Positions 57,371-64,000 of a stretch of 64,000 nt of DNA are shown piece by piece. Origin of the DNA: Myxococcales bacterium (lineage in GTDB: Bacteria > Myxococcota_A > Polyangia > Polyangiales > DASUME01). Below the pieces are notes generated by a model. The model saw only the letters and a program-made list of their open reading frames with translations. It was not told the DNA's origin and made no database searches. The stretch is taken from positions 4,480,001-4,544,000 of the forward strand of contig JASGJH010000001.1 of the NCBI GenBank assembly GCA_047601445.1, given 5' to 3'. The translations under genes were made by a program, and so were the position numbers. Each line of letters starts with the position of its first letter. Positions within the stretch are counted from its first letter, which is position 1.

Positions 57371-58046
57371 ATGATCAAGAGCGGCTGGTGTGCGGCGTTT
57401 TGCCTGGCGGTGTTGGGTGGCGGCTGCTTCGGCCCGGGCACCGCGCAAGAGCGTCCCCCGACCCAAGTCACGGTGGATGCCGGCACGGGCGGCCCGACTC
57501 CGCATACGCCTGCCCCCCACGATGCAGGCCAGATGCACGAGGCCGACGACACGCAGTGCGCCCAGGTCGAGGACACGGTGCAGCGTCTGCTCTGTATGGT
57601 TGGTCAGGGCGGCGGGGGACTCGACCAGGTGATCCGCGACATCCTGGGCGGAGGCAGTGAGACCATGGACTGCGCAGGGGAAGCAGAATCCCATCGCGAG
57701 CCTCCTGTGCGGCTTCATCGGCGGAGGCACCGGGCTCGAGGGCCTGCTCGAAGGCGTGTTGGCAGACGGTGGCGCCGAGCGCATCATCATCGGCACGTTG
57801 GCAGAGGTCATTCGCGGCATCCTCGACGACCTGACGACGGCGTTCCTCGATGGCCTGAGTCCCGGTGACGCGGGACTTCCACGCCCCGGCGCGCCGCGCC
57901 CGACGCGCGGGCCGCGCGCAAACAGCGCGCTGTTGACCTCCCGCGAGGCTCCTGCCAGCTGCGACGAGGTGACCTCGGACGATCTGCTCGGTAGGCTCCA
58001 GTGCGCACGACAAGCCCTGGACCGCGTCGCGCCCCCGCAGGAATAG
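57371..58046 (+). pseudogene. Hypothetical lipoprotein split by a 1-bp insertion (or sequencing error)
   Basis: MIKSGW...GGGC...ETMDCAG continues as KQNPIASLLCG... in ORF 57657..58046 if one G is removed from GGGG at 57677-80. Confidence 0.7.
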
Positions 58047-58078
58047 CGCGCCTTCCCGGTGCCCAGGCTGCAACGCAC

Positions 58079-58525
58079 TCAGGCGCTGCGCTTGCCCTTC
58101 ATGGCGAGTGCCGTGTGGACGCTGTCGAGGGTGTGGCCGATCTCGACGGCGCCGGCCTTGCAGTTGAGATAGGCCGTGGCCGCCGCCACGTCGCCGGGCT
58201 CGAAGCCCTTCAGGGGCGAGCCAATGAGCCAGGTGATGGCAGTGCCGATGTGGCGCGCCACCACCGAGTCGGTGAGCAACGCCGTGGGCGGTGGCTTGCG
58301 ACCGGCCTTCTTCCAGAAGTCACCGATGCGCCCGCGCTGCTTGGATGTGAGACCGCCACCGCCACGTACGGAGATCAAGAGGGCCTGATAGTCGAAGGTG
58401 CCGAGGCGCACGAGCCACTCCGTGAGCTCCGCGTCATCGGTGTCGTGTAGGCCAGCGCACTGAATCAACACGTCGTCCACGCGCACCCATCCCATGGTCT
58501 TCAGCACGACCCGACCAAACTCCAT
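58079..58525 (-). CDS. Hypothetical protein, STAS/SEC14-like myxobacterial family
   Basis: GGL..KQR, TALLTDS.VAR...TAITW; GGGGGAG RBS. Confidence 0.6.
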   Translation of the reverse strand: MEFGRVVLKTMGWVRVDDVLIQCAGLHDTDDAELTEWLVRLGTFDYQALLISVRGGGGLTSKQRGRIGDFWKKAGRKPPPTALLTDSVVARHIGTAITWLIGSPLKGFEPGDVAAATAYLNCKAGAVEIGHTLDSVHTALAMKGKRSA

Positions 58526-58628
58526 CGCACTCCCCCCGAAACGTCCGCAAAGCGTACCACGGATTGGCCAGAGCTCGCCTAGCTCGCTCACGCTTTCGCC
58601 TCGCCTCGCAGTGGCAACCTACTGACCT

Positions 58629-59306
58629 ATGCGAGTTTTGATGGTGCTGACGTCTCACGACAAACTCGGCGACACCGGCAAGAAGACCGGCTTTTGGCTC
58701 GAGGAGTTTGCCGCACCCTACTTCACGTTTCTCGACGCGGGGGCTCAGGTCACCGTTGCTTCCCCGCGCGGAGGCGCGCCACCACTCGATCCCAAGAGCG
58801 ACGCTCCCGAGGGACAGACCGAGGCCACCCGACGCTTCAAGCAAGACCGCCGGGCGCAAGACGTGCTCTCGCATACCGTCAAGCTCAAGGCCATCAGCGC
58901 TGACGACTACGACGCCGTGTTCTACGCGGGTGGACATGGTCCACTCTGGGATCTCGCGCTCGACCCGACTTCGGCGCACCTGATCGAAGACTTCTACGGG
59001 CAAGGCAAGACCGTGGCGGCCGTGTGCCACGGGCCGGCCGTACTCAACCGGGCCAAGGTGAAGGGCGAACCGCTCGTGAAGGGCAAGCGCGTCACGGGCT
59101 TCACCAACAGCGAAGAGGCCGCGGTGAAGCTCACGGATGTCGTGCCCTTCTCGGTGGAAGACGAGCTCAAGCGCCTGGGCGCGCACTACGAAAAGGCGCC
59201 GAACTGGCAGAGCTACGTGGTCACCGACGGCCAGCTCGTGACGGGCCAGAACCCTGCCTCGTCCATCGCAGTCGCCGAGAAGGTGATCGAGATGGCAGCG
59301 GTCTAA
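58629..59306 (+). CDS. DJ-1/PfpI (type 1 glutamine amidotransferase-like) protein
   Basis: TGFWLEEFAAPY, GGHGPLWDL, AVCHGP, VTGQNPASS. Confidence 0.93.
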   Translation: MRVLMVLTSHDKLGDTGKKTGFWLEEFAAPYFTFLDAGAQVTVASPRGGAPPLDPKSDAPEGQTEATRRFKQDRRAQDVLSHTVKLKAISADDYDAVFYAGGHGPLWDLALDPTSAHLIEDFYGQGKTVAAVCHGPAVLNRAKVKGEPLVKGKRVTGFTNSEEAAVKLTDVVPFSVEDELKRLGAHYEKAPNWQSYVVTDGQLVTGQNPASSIAVAEKVIEMAAV

Positions 59307-59616
59307 CAGAGCGCGACGAAGTCAGCGCTCTGTTCCCGTGCCGGCCTGCCCCAGCAAGGCGAGCCCGTGCCCACTCTCTGCTCCCGACAGACTCCTGCGA
59401 GCTCAGCCTCGCGCGTGGGAGGGCGGCGGCCCCACCCGCCGCGACCAGCGGCCATCGGTGTCCGCACTGGGCGTGGACAGCGCGAATGCGCCGGAGCGCT
59501 CGGGCTCCTGGGACGCGCAGCGCGGGGAGGCGCTGTCGACCTGTGCACGCCCCGTGGTTTCCTGTGTCGTCGCGTCCTTCAAGCCGTGGGGGTTGGGCGC
59601 GAGCATGCCGAACTCC

Positions 59617-60681
59617 TTACTTGATGTTGGTGGTCATCTGAGACTTCGCGAGCGTGGACTTGAGCACACTCGCCCAGCGAGTGTCGCCCTCGAGGTAGAC
59701 CTTCTGGAAGGCGAGCGCGTACTTGCCCGAGACGCCGCCGCCCGCGTCGGTGGGACCGAACCAGTTGAAGTGGGTGGTGCCGTCGATCTTGACGATCATC
59801 TTGGGCGTGGGGTCCTTGATGTTGCCGTAGGCTCCCTGGGACATGTTGCAGGCAGCGGTCGTGTCGGAGTTGCCGCACAGCAGCAGGGTGGGCACCGTGA
59901 TGCCCGAGGTGGCGGGGTTCCAAGCCGCCAAGCCCACCGAGCTCTTGAGGGTGGGTCGCTTGGTGGATGCGATGGTGGTGCCGCCGCCGCCCATCGAGTA
60001 GCCCGAGGTGCCCACGCGCTCGACGTCGAGCTTGTTCTGGAGCGGACTGCCGGACTTGCCGTTCTCCGCGAGGAGCTGATCGAGCGCGGCTAGCAACTTG
60101 GTGGCGCGCGTGCCCGGATCGTCGATGCCGTCGGTGGTGACGATGATGGTCACGATGCCGTAGGACGCGTAGAAGGGCGCCCAGGCCTTCATCTCGGGAC
60201 CGGTATTGGTGAAGCCTCCGCACAACGCGACCGAGGCGAACGGAGGCTCAGCGTCGGTCGGATAGGTCACGGTGCCGAGCGGGAGCTTGAGTTCCGCGGT
60301 CTTGAAGGGACCGTTGTCGGAGGTCAGGGCCTTGGGGGACGGACCGTGACACAGGCAGTCGCCGTCGTCGCAGCATTCGCCGGTGCCCATCGGCTTCTCG
60401 GTGCCAGCGTCGCCGTCTCCATCGCCGACATCACCATCGCCGTCGCCGACATCACCATCGCCGTCACCAACGTCACCGTCGCCGTCGCCATCACCAACGT
60501 CGCCGTCACCGTCGCCATCACCATCGCCGTCGCCATCGCCGTCGCCATCACCTTCGTCGTCACCATCGCCATCGCCATGGGCCGGGTTGATGTCGCTACC
60601 GGTGGAGGGCGCCTCATCCCCACAGCCGCTACCGAGTGCCACGACCAATGCCAGACCCAAGGTGAACTTACTCAAAGCCAT
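59617..60681 (-). CDS. Lipoprotein with cutinase/PET-hydrolase-like alpha/beta hydrolase domain
   Basis: Lipobox GSGC, long GD linker, GPF, YPT, GGFT, ASYG..T, GYSMGGGGT (Ser), AAWN, GNSDTTA (Asp), THF (His), YLEGDTRW. Confidence 0.88.
   Translation of the reverse strand: MALSKFTLGLALVVALGSGCGDEAPSTGSDINPAHGDGDGDDEGDGDGDGDGDGDGDGDGDVGDGDGDGDVGDGDGDVGDGDGDVGDGDGDAGTEKPMGTGECCDDGDCLCHGPSPKALTSDNGPFKTAELKLPLGTVTYPTDAEPPFASVALCGGFTNTGPEMKAWAPFYASYGIVTIIVTTDGIDDPGTRATKLLAALDQLLAENGKSGSPLQNKLDVERVGTSGYSMGGGGTTIASTKRPTLKSSVGLAAWNPATSGITVPTLLLCGNSDTTAACNMSQGAYGNIKDPTPKMIVKIDGTTHFNWFGPTDAGGGVSGKYALAFQKVYLEGDTRWASVLKSTLAKSQMTTNIK
60408..60578 (-). repeat. Gly-Asp coding repeat tract (GD / GDGDGDV units)
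   Basis: Continuous TCGCC(A/G) / TCACC(A/G) hexamers on the + strand. Confidence 0.85.
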
Positions 60682-60807
60682 GACGTCGCCTCCGCGCATC
60701 TCTCTCTCAAGTGACCGTCTCTTCTCATGGCCAGATGCGAGCACTCAAGCGCCCCATTCGGGCGCGTCGCAGAAAAGCGTCCGGGCTATGTAAAAATCAC
60801 TGCGCAA

Positions 60808-60838
60808 CTGTACAAAAATATCATTCACGGTTGTACAG
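60808..60838. promoter_or_regulatory. Inverted repeat CTGTACAA-N15-TTGTACAG in a divergent promoter region
   Basis: Perfect 8-bp arms at 60808-15 and 60831-38 in an AT-rich intergenic segment. Confidence 0.55.
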
Positions 60839-60961
60839 CCGCCCAACATTGCGGGATGACGCACAAATCAGCCAGGGCCGCGCTGAAGATGGTGGCGGTT
60901 TCGCGGATCTCGGCGACGAACTTCGCTGCAACCCACGACGATTTTTGGCAAAACGGTGGCT

Positions 60962-62209
60962 ATGTCGTTCTGGCGCAGCCTGCGCGCCCTGCTGGCTTTC
61001 TGGTTCTGGTCGCTGCGAGGTGGCCTGCGAACCGTGATCTTCATGCTGCGCTTGCCGGGCGATGCCGCATGGGCACTCAAGTCAGCACAAGCCGTGAATC
61101 GCCGGGGCATCCAGCACGAGTCGCGACTCGAGTTGGTGGGACCTTCGCTCTACCGCCTCAAGGAAGCCGACCGACGCACCGCCAACGCCGACCGCAGCTC
61201 GGTGCATGAGCAGGACGATGGGCGTACGCGTCCACCCATCGTGATCTATTTCACCGGCACCGGTGAAACGCCCGAGGCGGTGCTGCTGGGCTTTCAGCGG
61301 ATGCGTCGCGAGATCCCGGCGTTGGCCGAGGCCACCGAATACGTCGTCGCACCGCCGAACAACAAGGGTGCGTACTACAGCGGTGACCAGTTCGGCGCGC
61401 GCATGTGGGAAGTGGTGGAGCCGCTGGTGAAGCACTACCCGGGTCCCTTCGTGTTCGTGGGCTTCAGCCGAGGCGCGGTGGTGTCGCTCGACGTCGCCAC
61501 GCGGGTGGCCGAGGAGCACGCCAAGGTGGCCGGCGCGCTCGCCCTGTCGCCGCCGCTGTTGGTCCCCGAGCGCTTGCCCTTGCCGGTGCGCACCATCGCA
61601 GGCTTCGAGGTCGTCGTGGAGGGCCTGCGCGAAGCGGGCGCCGAGCTGCCCCGCTGGCTCGCAGAGCATGTCGAGTTGAGCGTGTACCAGTCGCAGCTCT
61701 TGCTGACCGGCATGGTGCTCAAGAACCTCGGCGTGGTCGCGCCGGAGGAGCTCGACATGGCCGTCAGCGACATGCGCAGCCGTGGCACGTTCGACAGCGC
61801 CCTGGCCGCCTCCCGTGAGTTTCGCTTGCTGACCGAGGCTCGACCGCGCGAAGGAGAGCTGTTCACCGAGCAGCTGGCACGCTCGTTCGCCGAGTCGCGC
61901 TCCCTCTACGCCGAGTTGCTCTGGGGTAGCGCTGACGACTGGGTAGACGGCAAGCTGTGTGAAGCGCGCATGCAGCAGCTCTTGCCGCAGTACCCGCAAG
62001 CCCGTGAAAGGTTTCGGATGACCATCATCCCGGCGCAGGGCCACGCCCTCTTCCGGGCCAGCGGCGCGGACCCCCAACCCACCCTGCAAGCCTTCCGCCG
62101 AGTCGCCGAGCAGGTCACGAAGCTCGCCGCCGAACGCGAAAGCGAGGCGCGACAGAAGGCCCAGCAGAGTGCTATCCAGCGTTTACGATCGACCGAAGAG
62201 ATGCCATGA
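60962..62209 (+). CDS. Alpha/beta hydrolase fold protein
   Basis: IVIYFTGTG, GFSRG nucleophile elbow, WGSADDWV (Asp), QGHAL (His). Confidence 0.8.
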   Translation: MSFWRSLRALLAFWFWSLRGGLRTVIFMLRLPGDAAWALKSAQAVNRRGIQHESRLELVGPSLYRLKEADRRTANADRSSVHEQDDGRTRPPIVIYFTGTGETPEAVLLGFQRMRREIPALAEATEYVVAPPNNKGAYYSGDQFGARMWEVVEPLVKHYPGPFVFVGFSRGAVVSLDVATRVAEEHAKVAGALALSPPLLVPERLPLPVRTIAGFEVVVEGLREAGAELPRWLAEHVELSVYQSQLLLTGMVLKNLGVVAPEELDMAVSDMRSRGTFDSALAASREFRLLTEARPREGELFTEQLARSFAESRSLYAELLWGSADDWVDGKLCEARMQQLLPQYPQARERFRMTIIPAQGHALFRASGADPQPTLQAFRRVAEQVTKLAAERESEARQKAQQSAIQRLRSTEEMP

Positions 62210-63618
62210 GCGAACCCCGCAGCGAACCCGAGTCAGGTCTGGGCAGCCTGGAGGCCATCCGAACCCAGTTCGAGGAGCGACAGCGCACGCTCGGCAAGGG
62301 CTTCCATGCGCTCGGCGAGGAGGTCTTCGCGGCCTATTGGCAGGCCCAGGAGCGCCTGCCCAAGCCGGCCAGCGCCATGACCTTCCGCAACTTTCTCCAG
62401 GGCAAGACCGTGCTGCGCGACCCCACGGCACTGGAGCTCTACTTCCGGGCCCTGGGCGCCACCGACCACGAAATGCGCGTGATCCGCGCCACGCTGCAGC
62501 AGGAGCTCGACCGCAAGCTGGCCACGCCGCGCCAACAGGCCGCACTGCGCGCCCTGGACGACTTCGACCTCGCCGCCATGCCCTACTCGCGCGCGCTGGT
62601 GGAGTGCGAGGTGATCACCAAGCTCGAGGACTCCGTCGACGCTCCCATCACGCACCTGACGCCGCGTGAGTACCTACTCGGCCCGGACGGACAGCGCGAC
62701 GCCGGGCCCGATCCCGAGCGCTGGGGGCTGGTGCAACACCTGGAGGAGTTCACGCTGTACATCGCCAAGCTCGACCAGACGCTCGCCGACGAGCTCGAGG
62801 CACTGCCGCGCCGCAACGTGCAGCAACGCCGGCTGCAGGCCTATGCGGACCTGCGCGAGGTGGCCAGCGCCTACGCCCACTGGCTCCTGTATCGCCCGCG
62901 GGCGGCCGACCTCCTGTTCTCCAAGCGTCGCTACATGCTGCACGGTTTCTTCCCCGAGGGTCAGCGCGAGGCGGCCATCGCGCTGGCCAAGCGCGCCACG
63001 CGCACCATGTTCGGCGTGGTCGAGCGGCTCGCCATCGAGGCAGTGCTGCAAGGTAAGCACCGCGTGGAGCTTCTGCGCACGCCGCAGGCCGAGCGCGCCC
63101 TCGAGGGCGTGTCCGAGCGTCTGTTCGCCATGGTGAACTCCTTCTTCCTGATGGTGGTGCACGGCTCGTCGGGCACCGGCGCCATGTTCCAGGCTTCCTA
63201 TCAGCTACGCCGCGAGCACAAGGGGTTGTCGAACGGACTCAGTGAGATCCACGAGCAACTCATCACGAGCTACGACGAGGCCGTACGCAAGGCCAACCGC
63301 GCCCTCGACGAGGACGTGCGCATTCCTTACGCCAAGCTCAAGGAAATCTACGACCGCCAGTTCGACGAGATTCGCCCCGCAATGGTCGAGATCTGGAAGC
63401 GCGAGTACGCCCCGCACCTGGTGCGGCAGACGCTCTCGTTGATGCTGAGCGAGCTCCACGAGGCGGGCGCACTGAACGACAAGGAGTTCTTGAGCCTCAC
63501 CAAGGAACTCATGACCGGCGCCGACGCCAAGAAGGCACTCTTGGCCAAGCACCCGGACAATCGCTACAAGCGCATCGAGATGACGCCGAAGGCCGGCAAG
63601 GGGCCGGCGTCCAAGTAG
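62206..63618 (+). CDS. Hypothetical helical protein, translationally coupled to the hydrolase
   Basis: 470-aa ORF with host-like codon usage; ATGA overlap with the upstream stop. Confidence 0.8.
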   Translation: MSEPRSEPESGLGSLEAIRTQFEERQRTLGKGFHALGEEVFAAYWQAQERLPKPASAMTFRNFLQGKTVLRDPTALELYFRALGATDHEMRVIRATLQQELDRKLATPRQQAALRALDDFDLAAMPYSRALVECEVITKLEDSVDAPITHLTPREYLLGPDGQRDAGPDPERWGLVQHLEEFTLYIAKLDQTLADELEALPRRNVQQRRLQAYADLREVASAYAHWLLYRPRAADLLFSKRRYMLHGFFPEGQREAAIALAKRATRTMFGVVERLAIEAVLQGKHRVELLRTPQAERALEGVSERLFAMVNSFFLMVVHGSSGTGAMFQASYQLRREHKGLSNGLSEIHEQLITSYDEAVRKANRALDEDVRIPYAKLKEIYDRQFDEIRPAMVEIWKREYAPHLVRQTLSLMLSELHEAGALNDKEFLSLTKELMTGADAKKALLAKHPDNRYKRIEMTPKAGKGPASK

Positions 63619-63636
63619 GCCGGGCTCGCTGCGCGA

Positions 63637-64000
63637 TCACTCGTAGGGGCGGTAAGCGGACAACTGCAACGGGTACGGCACATCATTCGGCAAAGCAGGG
63701 TTACCCACGCCGTAGCCGCTGCCGTTGGTGATACACAAGTGCTCGTCAGCGCGCACCAGCACGCGCCCTCCGTGCATCGCGAGTCCCTCGTTGTTGTGGA
63801 AGAGCGCCGCCGCACTATCCGGCATGGCCACCTGGAGATAGGGTGGCCCCTGGATCGACTTGACCTCGTGGCAGGTCGTGCCCGCGGGCAAGATGTACAC
63901 CCCCTGGTCCGAGTTGTGGCGCACCACGTCGGTGATCACGAGCGGCCCCGCGATGTCGAATAGCCGCAGCCATCCGTAGGTTCCCTGCGCCGAAGTGCCT
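63637..64000 (-). CDS. Hypothetical protein (partial, begins beyond the right edge)
   Basis: The frame of ORF 63637..63939 stays open to the edge (GTSAQGTYGWLRLFDIAGPLVITD...). Confidence 0.6.
   Translation of the reverse strand, partial: GTSAQGTYGWLRLFDIAGPLVITDVVRHNSDQGVYILPAGTTCHEVKSIQGPPYLQVAMPDSAAALFHNNEGLAMHGGRVLVRADEHLCITNGSGYGVGNPALPNDVPYPLQLSAYRPYE

Noticed and set aside
1..64000. CRISPR array, tRNA or rRNA genes
   Set aside because: No regularly spaced repeat-spacer pattern or RNA-gene signature noticed; the tandem repeats found are coding Gly-Asp tracts or low-complexity sequence.

Overview
High-GC bacterial DNA with a myxobacterial gene repertoire (many Cys-rich and Gly-Asp-repeat lipoproteins, MYXO-CTERM-like tails, an AgmX/PglI-type domain). 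Most of the window is ordinary secreted-protein, metabolic and signalling genes. The standout is a visibly lower-GC block at about 9.4-17.0 kb, between an M48 peptidase gene and a class II ribonucleotide reductase (nrdJ). It carries four elements: (i) a 1177-aa wHTH-like / metallophosphoesterase / STAND-type NTPase protein; (ii) a structured, U-tract-containing non-coding region directly upstream of a 515-aa YADD reverse transcriptase that resembles DRT9 (UG28), with tyrosines near the C-terminus; (iii) a trypsin-like serine protease; (iv) a ParE/RelE-type toxin-antitoxin pair. This looks like an anti-phage island, and may be an undescribed STAND + DRT9 + protease combination. Other points are two tandem pairs of NrdR-box-like motifs and DnaA-box-like motifs upstream of nrdJ, a PETase/cutinase-like lipoprotein, a cytochrome c / DUF1501-like / FG-GAP operon, and two single-base frameshifts. 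All family assignments come from reading motifs by eye and from recalled family knowledge; no database searches or computations were run.
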